Assembly (NCBI RefSeq): GCF_009914755.1
Contig: NC_060927.1
Direction: 5' to 3' (one strand)
DNA length: 64,000 nucleotides
Origin: the human T2T-CHM13v2.0 reference genome, Homo sapiens
The notes below the pieces were generated by a model. That model saw nothing but the letters and a program-made list of their open reading frames with translations. It was not told the origin of the DNA and did not search any database. The translations under genes and the position numbers were made by a program. Below, in pieces: positions 15,416 to 27,104 of this stretch (position 1 is its first letter; the number at the start of each line of letters is the position of its first letter).

Positions 15416-15829
15416 TGGTAAGATTTGGATTTGTATCCTCACCTAAATCTCATATTGAATTGTAATCCCCAGTGTTGGAGGTGGGACCGGGTGGGAGGTG
15501 ATTGAATCATAGGGGTATATTTCCTCCTTTGGTGCTTTTCTCATGATAGAGTTCTCACAAGATTTAGTTGTATAAAAATGTATAGCATCTTCCTTCTCTC
15601 TCTATTTATTCTGCTCTGACCACGTAAGATGTGCCTGTTTCGCCTTCACCTTCCAGCACGATTGTAAGTTTCCTAAGGCCTCCCAGCCATGTTTCTGGTA
15701 CTGTCCATGGAACCGTGAGCCAATTAAACTTCTTTTCTTTATAAATCACTCAGTTTCAGGTATTTCTTTATAACAGTGCAAAAAACAAACAAACAAACAA
15801 AACAAAACAAAACAAAACAGAATAATACA
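15416..15829 (+). mobile_element. MSTA/THE1D-type MaLR solo LTR with (CAAA/CAAAA)n expansion near its 3' end
   Basis: AAATCTCATATTGAATTGTAATCCCCAGTGTTGGAGGTGGG...AATTAAACTTCTTTTCTTTATAAAT...TAATACA; L1 ORF2 resumes in register on both sides; TSD degraded (AGCAT/AGGGT). Confidence 0.93.
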
Positions 15830-18800
15830 AGGGTTTTAACATGAAGCGATGTTGAATTTTATCAAAAGCCTTTGCTGCACCTATTGACATGACCATGTGG
15901 TTTTGTTTTTAGTTCTGTTTATGTGATGAATCACATTTATTGATTTGCATGTATTGAACCAACCTTTTAGCCAAGGATAAAGCATACTTGATCATCGTGA
16001 ATTAGCTTTTTGATGAGCTGGTGCATTTGATTTTCTAGTACTTCATTGAAGATTTTTGCATCTATGTTCATTAAGGATATTGTCCTGAAGTTTTTTGCCG
16101 TTGTTTTGTCTTGGCCAGGTTTTAAAATCAGAATAATGCTGCCCTCACAGAATAGGTTAATAAAGAGTCCCTCCACCTCAATTTTTTGGAGTAATTTCAA
16201 TGGGAATGGTACCAGCTCTTCTTTATGCATCTGGTAGAATTTGGCTCTATATTTGTCTGGTCCTGGCTTTTTCTGGTTGGGAGGCTTTTTATTAATAATT
16301 CAATTTGGGGACTTTTCATTAGTCTGTTGAAGGACTCAATTTCTCTTTCATTCTTAGAAGATTGTATGCTTTCAGGAATTTACCCATTTCTTCTAGGTTT
16401 TCTAGCTTGTGTACATAGAAGTATTTGTAGTAGTCTCTGAGGGTTTTTGTATTTCTGTGAAGTCAATGGTAACATCCCCTTTGTCATTTCTGATTGTGTT
16501 AATTTGGATATTTCCTCTTTTTTCTTTGTTAGTCTAGATACAGGTCTAGCTATCTAATTTGTTCTTTCAAGAAATATATTTTTAGTTTTGTTGATCTTTT
16601 ATGCATCTCAATTTTCTGTATTTCAACTCTGATTTAATTATTTCATGTCTTCTGCTGGCTTTGAGGTTGGTTTGCTTGTTTTTTTTCTAGTTTCTCTAGG
16701 TGTGATAGTTAGGTTGTTAATTTTAGAAGTTTCTAATTTTTTGATGTAGGCGTTTAGCATTATAAACTTTCCTCTTAATAGTGATTTAGCTGTGTCCAAG
16801 AGATTTTGGTATGTTGTGTCTTTGTTCACATTAGTTTCAAAGAATTTCTTGATTTCTGCCTATTTTTTACCCAAAAGTCATTCAGGAGCACATTGTTTAA
16901 TTTCTATGAAATTGTATGGTTTTGAGCCACTTTCATAGTTTCAAAAGTAGAAATTGATTTCTATCTTATCGTGCTGTGGTCTGAGAGTGTGTTTAGTATG
17001 ATTTCAGTTTTTTTAATTTTCTAAGGATTGCTTTATGGCTCATTGTGTGGTTGGTTTTAGAGTACGTGCCATATGCAGATGAGGTAAATATATATTCTGT
17101 TGTTTTGGGGTGGAAAGTTCTGTAGATGTCTATTAGGTCTGTTTGGTCCACTGTTGAGCTCAGGTGCCAAATATTTTTGTTAGTTTTCTGCCTCTGTGAT
17201 ACGTGTAATACAGTCAGTTGAGTGTTGAAGTATCCTATTGTTATTGTGTGATTATCTAAGTCCTTTTGTAGGTCTCTAAGAACTTGCTTTGTGTATCTGG
17301 ATGCTATTGTGTTGTGTGCATATATTTTTAGGATAGTTAGGTCTTCTTGTTGAATTGAAGTATTTACCATTACATAATGCCCTTATTTGTCTTTTTTGAT
17401 TTCCATTGGTTAAAAGTCTGTTTTGTCTGAAATTAGATTAGCAACTTCTGCGTTTTTCTGTTTATCATTTGCTGGGCAGATTTTTTTCCATCCCTTTACT
17501 TTAAGCCTATGGTTGTCATTGCACATAAGATAAGTTTCTTGCAGACAGCGTGCTGTTGGGTCTTGCCTCCTTATTCAACATGCCACTCTGTGCGTTTCAA
17601 TTGAGGCATTTAGCCTGTGTACATTCAAGGTTAATACTGATATGTGTGGATATGATTCTGTCATCGTGTTGTTGGCTGGTTACTATGCAGACTTGTTTGT
17701 GTGATTGCCCTATAGTGTCAATATTCTATTTATTTATGTGTGTTTTATGCTGCCCAGTAATGATCTTTTCTTTTCATATTCAACACTCCCTTCAGCACCT
17801 CTTGTAGGAGGTGATTACAAATTCCCTTAGTATTTGCTTTTCTGAAAAGAATCTTATTTTTCCTTTGCTTAGGAAACTTAGTTTGGCTAGAGATGAAATT
17901 CTTGGTTGGAATTTATTGTCTTTAGTAATGCTGAATATAGGCATCCAATCACTTCTGGCTTAAAAGTTTCTGTTGAGAGGTCTTCTGTTAACCTGATGGG
18001 GTTTCCTTTTATAGGTGACCTGCCCCTTCTCTCTAGCTGCCTTTAACATTTTTTCTTTCATTTTGACCTTGGAGAATCTGATCTCTATGTGTCTTGTGGA
18101 TGGTCATCTAGTATAGTATCTTGTAGAGGTTCCCTGCATTTCCTGAGTTTGAATGGTTTCCTCTCTGGTGAGGGTGGGGAAATTTTCGTTGATAATATCC
18201 TGAAGTATGTTTTCCAATTGACTTGCTTTGTCTTCCTCTCTTTCAGGGACACCAGTGAGTTGTAGGTTTGGTCTCTTTACATAATCCCGTATGTCTCAGA
18301 GCTTTTGTTTATTCTGCTTTAGTGTTTTTTGATTGTTTTTATTTGACTTAGTTATTTGACTTAGTTATTTTTTGACCGCTTCTGCTGTGAATACTTGAGA
18401 TTGTATTCCGAAATTTTTGAAGGGAGTTTTTCAGCTTTTGTAGGTCAGTTTGGTTCTTTCTTAAAATGGCCATTTCATTTTTCATCTCCTGTATTGTTTT
18501 TTGTATTGCTTTGAATCCTTGGATTGGGTTTCAACTTTCTCCTGAATCCTGATAATCTTCATTCCCATCCATATTCTGAATTCTATTTCTGTCATTTCAA
18601 CCATTTCATTCTGGTTAAGAACCATTGCTGGGTAACCAGTGTGATCATTTGGAGTTAAAAAGACACTCTGACTTTTTGACTTGCCAGAGTGCTTGTGCCA
18701 GTTCTTTCTCATCAGTGGGCTGATGTTCCTTTAGTCTTTGAAATTGCTGTCCTTCGGATTTTTTTTTTTTTTAATCTTCTTTGATGTCCTTGGCACAGGG

Positions 18801-19458
18801 TGGATTCAGTCAACTGGCTTTATTTCTGGAAGATTTTGGGGGGCCAAGGCTTAGCTCAGAACACTTGGACCACATGTTCTAACTCTGAGGGGCTGGTATT
18901 GGGCCCCTGGCTTTGTTCTCTGGCTCCTTGAGGTTAGGAACCTTCTGTATTGGAGGTGCTGATGTCTTCCCAGATTACTGGCCACAGCACTACACTGGTT
19001 GCTGCCCACGAAAGCACTTCATTAGGGCAGTGGTAGCAGGGTCCATGCTTGTTTGCCTGTGTCAGCAGCAGTGACAACACAGCGGGGTGCACATATATTG
19101 GCTGTGGTAAGGTACTGGTGTGAGTGGGGCTATGGCATTCCTGTATGAGTCATGCCAGTGTGGGGGTGGGGCACTGGTGGGCACAGAGCTTCTGGCTTCT
19201 ATGCACGTGTTTGCACTGATGGCAATGGTGGAGTAGGGGAGGCAGGGCTCCTGGCATCCATGTACATGTTTGCACAGGCAATGGTGGTGTGGCTGATGGT
19301 TGAGTAGCAGGGTGTGCTCATGCTGGCAGCAGTGACATGGTAGGGTGTGAATGCACGCATTCATACTGGTGTGGAAGAGGAACAAGGTCCACACTCTTGC
19401 TGGTTGATATGGTTTGGCTGTGTCCCCACCCAAATCTCATCTTGAATTTCCACGTGTT

Positions 19459-21185
19459 CCAGCAACATATCTTTACTGTCCTACCTCAGGTGTATATCAA
19501 CTCTCCAACTTTGTGTCATAATCTTATTCAAAGAGACCTCAATAGCTTTTTGTTTCCACAAGATATCACACTTGTCCATTACATTGATGACATTATGCTG
19601 ATTGGATCCAGTGAGCAAGAGGTAGCAAACACACTGGACTTACTGGTGAGACATTTGTGTGCCAGAGGAGGGGAAGTAAATCCAACTAAAATTCAGGGAA
19701 CTTCTACCTCAGTAAAATTCCTAGGGGTCCAGTGGTGTGGGGCCTGTTGAGATATTCCTTCTAAGGTGAAGGATTAGTTGTTGCTTTTGGCCCTTCCTGC
19801 AACCAAGAAAGAGGCACAATGCCTAGTGGGCCTGTCTAGATTTTGGAGGCAAGACGTTCCTCATTTGGATGTGTTACTCTTGCTTATTTATTGAGTGACC
19901 TGAAAGGCTGCCAGTTTTGAGTGGGGTTCACAACAGGAGAAGGCTCTGCAACATGTCCAGACTGCTGTGCAAGCTGCTCTGCCACTTGGGCCATATGACC
20001 CATCAGATCCAATGGTGCTTAAGGTGTCAGTAGCAGATAGAGATGCTGTTTGGAGCCTCTCTCAGGCCTCCATAGGTGAATCACAGCCGAGGCCTCTAGG
20101 ATTTTAGAGCAAAGCCCTGCCGTCTTCTGCAGATAACTACTCTCCTTTTGAGAGACAACGCTTGGCCTTTTACTGGCCTTTGGTGGAAACCGAACTTTTG
20201 ACTATAGGTCATCAAGTCACCATGTGACCTGAACTCCCTATCATGAACTGGGTGTTTTCTTACCCATCTAGCCATAAAGGGGGTCATGCACAGCAGTATT
20301 CCATCATCAGTTGGAAGTAGTATATATGTGATGGGGCTCGAGCAGGTCCTGAAGGCACAAGTAAGTGCATGAGGAAGTGGCTCAAATGCCCATGGTCTCC
20401 ACTCCTGCCACCCTGCCTTCTCTACCCCAACCTGCACTGATGGCCTCATAGGAAGTTCCCTATGATCATTGGACAGAGGAATAGAAGACTAGGTCCTGGT
20501 TCACAAATGGTTCTGCACTATATGCAGACACCACCTGAAAGTGGACAACTACAGTGCTATAGCCCCTTTCTAGATCATTCCTGAAGGACAGTGGAAAAGG
20601 GAAATCTTCCCAGTTGGCAGAAACTCTAGCAGTGCACCTAGTTGTACACTTTGCATGGAAGGAGAAATGGCCAGATGTGCGATTATGTACTAATTCATGG
20701 GCTGTAGCCAATGGTTTGGCTGGATGGTCAGGGACTTGGAAGAAGCATGACTGGAAAATTCATGACAAGGAAATTTGGGGAAAAAGTATGTGGATAGACC
20801 TCTCTGAGTGCTCAAAAACTGTGAAGATATTTGTATCCCATGTGCATGCTCACCAATGGGTGACGTCAGCAGAGGACAATTTTAATAATCAAGTGGATAG
20901 GATGAGCCATTCTGTGGACACCACTCAGCCTCTTTTCCCAGCCACCCCTGTCGTCACCCAGTGGGCCCTTGAACAAAGTGGCCATGGTAGCAGTGATGGA
21001 GGTTATGCATGGGCTCAGCAACATGGACTTCCACTCACCAAGGATGGCATTGGCTACAGCCACTGCTGAGTGTCTAAATTGCCAGCAGCAGAGACCAACA
21101 CTGCGCCTTCGATATGGCACCATTCCTTGGGGTGATCAGCCAGCTACCTGGTGGCAGGTTGATTATATTGGACCATATCCATCAT
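19459..21185 (+). pseudogene. pol: Degraded ERVL (HERV-L-like) pol fragment: RT C-terminal part, RNase H, integrase N-terminus
   Basis: ORF 19337-19750 contains [11 protein letters not shown] and HYIDD (YIDD codons 19580-19591) and VKFLGVQW; ORF 20614-21069 is RNase H-like (CTNSWAVANGL, HVHAH, NNQVD); ORF 20969-21208 has CxxC and WQVDYIGP; several in-frame stops and frameshifts. Confidence 0.93.
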
Positions 21186-21191
21186 TCTACC

Positions 21192-23073
21192 TTTGCAGAA
21201 GGAACTAGAAGCTGAATGTTAATCACCAAGACAATGGGGGAAATATCTCCAGGGCATGTCAGAGACCTTTGCGGCAGCCCCTCCTATCACAGGCCTGGAG
21301 ATCTATGAGAAAATATGGTTTTGTGAGCCAGGTTCAGGGTCCCTCTGCTGTGTGCAGTATAGGGACTTGGTGTCCTGTGTCCTCTCCAATTGTGACTAAA
21401 ATGGGCCAAGGCACAGCTTGGGCCATGGCTTCAGAGGGTGCAAGCCCCAAGCCTTGACAGCTTCCATGTGATGTTGAGCTTCCAGGTGTACAGAAGTCAG
21501 GAATTGAGGTTTGGGACCCTCCACCTAGGTTTCAGAGGATGTATGGAAATGCCTGGATGTCCAGGTAGTAGAAGTCTGCTACAGGGGAGGGGCCCTCATG
21601 GAGTATTGCGGGATCTGGCCAGCAGCCTGCAATGCAACGGGGCTCTTTCTTTGTTCCCAGGCAGATCGGCAGGTCGAGAAATAATAGACACACACAAGAT
21701 AGTGAAAGCTGGGTCCAGGGGGTTCACCACATTCTGGTCCCGCGATGCCGCCAATGCACTGGATATACCAGCATTTATTATTAAGTTTAGTGAGGGCAGG
21801 GGTAGGTTAGTGAGGGACTTAGGGTTATTTGATTATGAGGTGATATGGTCACATGGGGATGAAGCAATTCTTTAACATAACATCTGTATGCAGAAGTACA
21901 GTATTCAGAGATAAGAATTTACAATATAGCATGTGCATCAGTAATTTCTAACAGAGCCTTAAAACAGAAACACAGTCTTTCCATAACCTATGATTAGCAA
22001 GATATTAATCAGCAGTAACAGTTGCAATAAAAGCTGGTTACAAACAATCCATAGAAATAGGATGTGAAGCTAGACAACTGGTTAGACCAGAAATTCTAAG
22101 AAGGAAGTATGCCTTAACCCTAAAGAGGCCTAGAAGAGCTGTGGCAAGATGAGGGTGTTTATAGCCCTATCTTATCCATATGAACAGGCACCCCTCATGT
22201 GTCCATTTATAGGCTTTCCACAAGGGTCGCATTCCATTCCCAGAGCTATGAACATCTGCTTTTCTGGGATAGGAATCTTGGTGATGTGAAACCTCCCTGA
22301 CTGCACATCCGTTCATAGGCTCTCTGCAGGGGGAAGCACATCACACGCTGTTGGCTCATTCTGGCAGTTCAACCTGGCATTGTCTTTACACAATCCTGCA
22401 TGCAATTTTGTATTTACAATAATCAGGAGCATTTCATCTTTTATTCCATAGCAATAGTTTCCAGGGGTCTCCCTACAATGGAGAACCTCTGCTAGGACAG
22501 TGCGGAAGGGAAATGTGGCGTCAGAGTCGCCACACAGAGTCCCTACTGGGGCACCACCTAGTGGAGCTCTGAGAAGAGGGCCATCGTCTTCCAGACCCCA
22601 GAATGGTAAATCCACTGACAGCTTGCACTGTGTGCCTGGAAATGTCACAAACACTCAATGCCAGCTAGTGAAAGCAGCCAGGAAGGGGGTTGTACCTTGC
22701 AAAGCCACAGGGGTGGAGCTGCCCAAGGCCATGGGAGCCTACCTTTTGCATCAGTGTAAACTGGATGTGAGACATAACGTAAATAATTTCGGAGTTTTAA
22801 AATGTAGCCTCTTTGTTTTGGCCAATTTCTCCCATTTGGAATGGCTGGGTTCACCCAATGCCTGTACCCCCATTGTATCTAGGAAGTAACTAATTTTCTG
22901 TTGATTTTACAGGCTTATATGTGGAAGGGACTTGTCTTGTCTTGGATGAGACTTTTGGACTTTGGACTTTTAAGTTAATGCTGAAATGAGTTAAGATTTT
23001 GGGGGACTGTCGGGGAGACATAATTGGTTTTAAAATGTAAGGAAATAAGATTTGGGAGGAGCCAGGGATGGAA
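21192..23073 (+). mobile_element. THE1 internal sequence (3' ~1 kb), split by an ERVK-type LTR, ending in a purine-rich tract
   Basis: GAATGTTAATCACCAAGACAATGGGG...CAGGGCATGTCAGAG, GTCCCTACTGGGGCACCACCTAGTGGAGCT; GGGAGGAGCCAGGGATGGAA immediately before the 3' LTR. Confidence 0.92.
21604..22477 (-). mobile_element. ERVK-class solo LTR (MER11D-like; subfamily tentative)
   Basis: 874 bp; minus strand starts TGTAGGGAGACCCC and ends GATCCCGCAATA; TATAAA and AATAAA on the minus strand; perfect 6-bp TSD ATGGAG (21598-21603 / 22478-22483). Confidence 0.85.
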
Positions 23074-23416
23074 TGATATGGTTTGGCTGTGTCCCCACCC
23101 AAATCTCATCTTGAATTCCCATGTGTTGTGGGAGGGACCTGGTGGGAGGTAATTGAATTATGAGGGCAGGTCTTTCCCATGCTCTTCTCATGATAGTGAA
23201 TAAGTCTCATGAGATCTGATGGTTTTAAAAACGGGAGTTTCCTTGCACGAGCTCTCTTCTCTTGTCTGCCACCATGTGAGATGTGCCTTTCACTTTCTGC
23301 CATGATTTTGAGGCCTCCCCAGCCATGTGAAACTGTAAGTCCAATAAACCTCTTTCTTTTGTAAATTGCCCAGTCTTGGGTATGTCTTTATTGGCACATA
23401 AAAACAGACTAATACA
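23074..23416 (+). mobile_element. THE1 3' LTR (THE1A/B-like)
   Basis: TGATATGGTTTGGCTGTGTCCCC...CCAATAAACCTCTTTC...ACTAATACA. Confidence 0.96.
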
Positions 23417-24211
23417 CTGGCAAATTAGTAATGTAGTACCCTGGCAAAGTAGTAATGATGGCCATGGGTGAGTTTGTGCCAACAAAGCAACATGGGTGAA
23501 GCTGTGGTGAGATGAGGGCATAGGTAGCCTTGTGCGTTTTGGCAGGGGCCACTCTGCTGGAGCTCTCCAATGGGCAGGCATGGTCTGAAAGTAAAGGAGT
23601 TTACGATGTGGGCCCCATAAAGCACCCAAGGCTTCACTGCAAGCAGGTATTGCTGGGCTGGAGCCCTGGGGGAGGCTAGCAGACAGGGGGGCACTCAGAT
23701 CAGACTGGCTCCATCTCACAGACTGCCCTCTTCTGTTCAGGCCTGGCAGTCCCTAAGGTTAAAGTCTCCTATGGGAGTATGGTGAGCCTTGGGGGTGGGC
23801 ATCTGTGGCTGTGCTCCACTGCAGACATTCCTGCACCAAACCGTCTATGATCCATGCAGGCTGCTGTCCTGACCCTACCACCTCTCTAAGTAGCTTTTCC
23901 TGTCAGCTCAAGTCTGTGGGGGTTGTGTTGTCTCCTGCTGCCAGGATTCCATGGCAAAAGCAGGCCACTCCTCACCTGTTCAACTCACCCCTTCTTGAGG
24001 ACTTACTGAGGGCCAGGAAGAAGTCCTGGTGCATGGTAGCCCTGTACAGGGTTTCCAGCTTCCTCCTCCTTCAGCTCAGCATCTGTGTCCCTCTTCTGTC
24101 CACTCTCAGTAACTTCCCTCTGAAAATCTGCTCAGAGTGCTGCAGTCTTCCCAATGTCCCTGTCTTCTGGTGGCAGATATCATCCTGACTGTATCTAATC
24201 AGCCTAAATTT

Positions 24212-24520
24212 TTAATTTATCTATTATTTATTTATTTATTTATTATGGAGTCTCACTTTGTCACCCATGCTGGAGCACAGTGGCACGATCTCTACTCACT
24301 GCACCTTCTGCCTCCCAGGTTAAATGATCCTTCGGCTTCAGCCTCCCAAGTAGCTGGGATTACAGGCACCCAACACCACCTGACTAATTTTTGTATTTTT
24401 AGTATAGATGAGGTTTCACCATGTTGGGTAAGCTGCTCTCAAACTCTTGACCTCAAGTGATCTGCCTACCTTGGCCTCCCAAAGTGCTGGGATTACACGT
24501 ATGAGCCACTGGGCCTGGCC
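24212..24520 (-). mobile_element. Alu (older S/J type) with (TTTA)n tail
   Basis: Reverse Alu dimer ending GCCTGGCC. Confidence 0.93.
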
Positions 24521-25334
24521 CCCTAAAACTTATTTTATGTAATTGTTTTCTAGGTGTCTATCTAGTTTTTCTGAAAACAAATATTGAATTCAGTGCCACA
24601 TTTACCATCTACTAAAGTCTTATATATAATAAAATATCTTTTTGTATTTTTGATTTTACTCCACCAATTTATTTGTATACCAAGAATTGTGCTGCTTTAA
24701 TTCTAATAGCTTTATAGTATGCTTTAGTTTTCTTTTTTCATAATTTAATTAACTCTTCTTGCTTGTGTATTAAGTAAACTATACAATCAACTTATGTAGC
24801 TTTAAAAGCATTTTGTTTTTATTTGTATTAGAGCCTCATGCAACACATAAATTAACTCAGAACATATTAATTAATATTCTATGTTATTTAAGTTTCCTAT
24901 CCTATATGATGTAAATTTCTATTTGTTCAAACATTCTACATATCTTTCACTTTTATTTTAGTATTTCCTTCATAGATCCTATGTACTTTGTCTTGTTTGT
25001 TCACAGATATTTTTTCTTTCTTGTTGCTATAGCGTAAGGATCTTTTCCTCCAACATATGATGTAAGTGCTTGTTACAATATATATGACACCTATTTGATC
25101 CTGAATAGCTTTTTTTAGTCATATTAATTTTTTTTACCATTAGTAACAATTGTTTAGTTGATTATTTTTGTTTCAAGTAAACAATCATCTAAAATAATTT
25201 TATTTCCACATTTCTATTTTCATAACGACTTTTTTCCCTTTTGCTTAATTTCCTTCACTAGCATTTAGGAAACAAACATAAATGGTAGTAGTGACAAAAG
25301 CCATGCTGCTTTGTTACTGATCATATTTGGAAAG

Positions 25335-25759
25335 CATCTTAGTCCATTCTTTCTGCTATAAAAATATCTTAGACTAGGCATTTTATAAATAATACAAATT
25401 TATTTTTTAGTTCAGTAAGCTGAGAAATTGAAAATCAAGATGCTGGCAGATTTCATGTGTGGTGAGGGCCCATTCTCTGCTCTGTAGATGGTACCCTGTT
25501 GCTTAGTCCTCATATGGCAAAAGGGCAAAAAGGAATGAATCATGTTTTCTCACAATGCAGGAGGAGTAAATGGACCTGGAAGCTCTCTGAAGCTGCTTTT
25601 ATATGAGCATTAGCCCATTCACCAGGGCAGTGCTCTTACGACTAAATCATTTTACAAAAGGCCCCACCTCTTACCAGTAACACCATGGGGATTAACATGA
25701 AATTTGGAAGGACATTCAACATGAGTGTTTCAGTGTTTTCAAAAAGTCAAACCATAGCA
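25335..25759 (-). mobile_element. MST/MLT1A-type MaLR solo LTR
   Basis: TCTTAGTCCATTC...TGCTATAA, ATCAAGATGCTGGCAGATT, AAAGGCCCCACCTCTTA, CAAACCATAGCA. Confidence 0.85.
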
Positions 25760-26017
25760 TTGGTTTCTAATGTTTTAAATAAAAAAAAAATGATGTCAAA
25801 TTTCATCAAATAACTTCATTATCATAGAGAGGGTTACTTTTCCTGATTCCAATAATATTTTGGATAATATTCATAAATTTTAATATTGAAAAGTGTATAT
25901 ACACTTGGCCTTCATAGTGTATTATTCTTTACTTTGCTTCTAGTTTCTGTTTGCTGATTTTCAGTTGGAAAGTTTGGATTCATATTTATAAATAGGTTTG
26001 AACATTTTTAAAATTTT

Positions 26018-26560
26018 ATTCCTTGCTTTCCTTTCCTTCCCTTCTTCCTTCCTTTTTTCCTCCCTCTCTCTCCTTCCTTCCTTTCTTTCTTTTTCTTTTC
26101 TTTCCTTTCTTTCTTTCTTTCATTTTCTTTCTTTCTTTCTCTCTTTCATTTTCTCTTTCTCTTTTCTTTCTTTCTTTCTTCTCTCTTTCTCTCTCTTCCT
26201 GTCTTTCTTTCTCTTTCTTTCTTGTCTTTCTTCTCTCCCTTCCTTCCTTTCTCTTTCTTGTCTTTCTTCTCTCCCTTCCTTCCTTTCTCTTTCTTTCTTT
26301 CTTCTTTCCTTCGTCCTTCTTCCTCTTTCTTCCTTTCTTTCTTTTGTTCTTTTTCTGTCTTCCTTTCTTCCTTCTTTTTCTTTCTCTTCCCTTTGGCTTT
26401 CTTTCTCTGTCTCTCTTTCCTTCCTTCCTTTCTTTCTTCTTTCTGTCTTTTTCTTCTTTCTTCTTTCTTTTTCTTTTTCTTCCCTTTGGTTGACTTTCTC
26501 TCTCCTTCCTTCCTTCCTTCTTTTCTTCCTTTCTGCTTTCATTTTCTTTCTCTTCCCTTT
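26018..26560. repeat. ~540-bp polypyrimidine/polypurine low-complexity tract (TTTC/TTCC/TC) with internal higher-order duplications
   Basis: Almost exclusively C/T on the + strand; accounts for the five F/L/S- or K/R/E-rich ORFs. Confidence 0.97.
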
Positions 26561-26792
26561 GGTTGTCTTTATCACTTTTTGGTATTAATGACATGAATGT
26601 TCCATTTTAAAAAATCTAAAGTTTTGCTTTATTGTGATTTCATTTACCTACAATATTCAACTTAGGTATATTCTTATATTCTTACTCTTCTCAGGAAGTG
26701 ATCTGAATCATGAAGACATTGGTAGTTCTGGAGACAAACTGGGACAAAGTCTAAGGGGAATATGGAAGATGCTGGTGACAGGCACCATTTAG

Positions 26793-27104
26793 TTTCTTTT
26801 TTTTTTTTTTTTGACAGGATCTCGCTTTGTCCCCAGGCTGGAGTGCAGTGGTGTGATCCTGGCTTACTGCAGCCTCAACTTCCTGGACTCAAGCAATCAA
26901 TCTGATCCTCAGCCTCTTGAATAGCTGAGTAACTAAGTGACAGGCACACACCACCATGCTTGAATTTTTTTTTATTATTATTTTTATTTTGTAGAAACAG
27001 GGTCTCTCTCTGTTGCCCAGGCTGGTCTCAAACTCCTGGGCTCAAACGATCCTCTCACCTTGCCTCTCAAAGTATTGGGATTACAGGAATGCCCCATGCC
27101 TGGC
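26793..27104 (-). mobile_element. AluJ
   Basis: CTGCAGCCTCAACTTCCTGGACTCAAGCAATC and CTCCTGGGCTCAAACGATCC; degenerate TSD CATTTAGTTTCT/CACTTAGTTCCT. Confidence 0.93.

Larger units (their letters stand above)
19405..23416 (+). mobile_element. Composite THE1 element: 54-bp 5' LTR stub + ERVL pol + THE1 internal 3' part + complete 3' LTR
   Basis: TG...CA termini with TSD CTGGT (19400-19404) / CTGGC (23417-23421); stub and 3' LTR share the start TGATATGGTTTGGCTGTGTCCCCACCCAAATCTCATCTTGAATT. Confidence 0.9.
12910..24204 (-). mobile_element. Near full-length, inactivated L1 (L1PA13-16/L1PREC2-like) interrupted by three MaLR insertions
   Basis: 3' end TTTTATTTTAGGTTCAG...CACCCAGGTAATAAGC; ORF2 fragments in the ORF track (16993-17370 endonuclease-like DLIDIYRTFHPKTTEY; 15967-16230 RT-like [16 protein letters not shown]); ORF1 N-terminal fragment 18482-18712; GC-richer 5' UTR at 18790-19404 and 23417-24204; many stops and frameshifts; TSD not identified. 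Confidence 0.93.
24521..26620 (-). mobile_element. Continuation of the diverged L1ME-type element, interrupted by a MaLR LTR and a CT tract
   Basis: TTTTAATTCTAATAGCTTTATAGTA, GCCATGCTGCTTTGTTACTGATC, TGTCAAATTTCATCAAAT and TTGTCTTTATCACTTTTTGGTATTA follow reverse L1 ORF2 order. Confidence 0.55.

Noticed and set aside
13627-18712. L1 ORF1/ORF2 as an active retrotransposon
   Set aside because: Only short fragments (up to 125 aa) stay open, and LTR insertions disrupt ORF2 and both UTRs.
19337-21208. A functional or domesticated reverse transcriptase/integrase gene
   Set aside because: The RT N-terminus and most of the integrase core are missing, and the frame is broken by multiple stops and frameshifts. 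The ORF start runs through unrelated L1 and THE1 sequence.
25998-26596. Five long overlapping ORFs (124-196 aa), hydrophobic F/L/S-rich or charged K/R/E-rich
   Set aside because: They are open only because a pure CT/AG tract lacks stop codons; they are not membrane or nucleic-acid-binding proteins.
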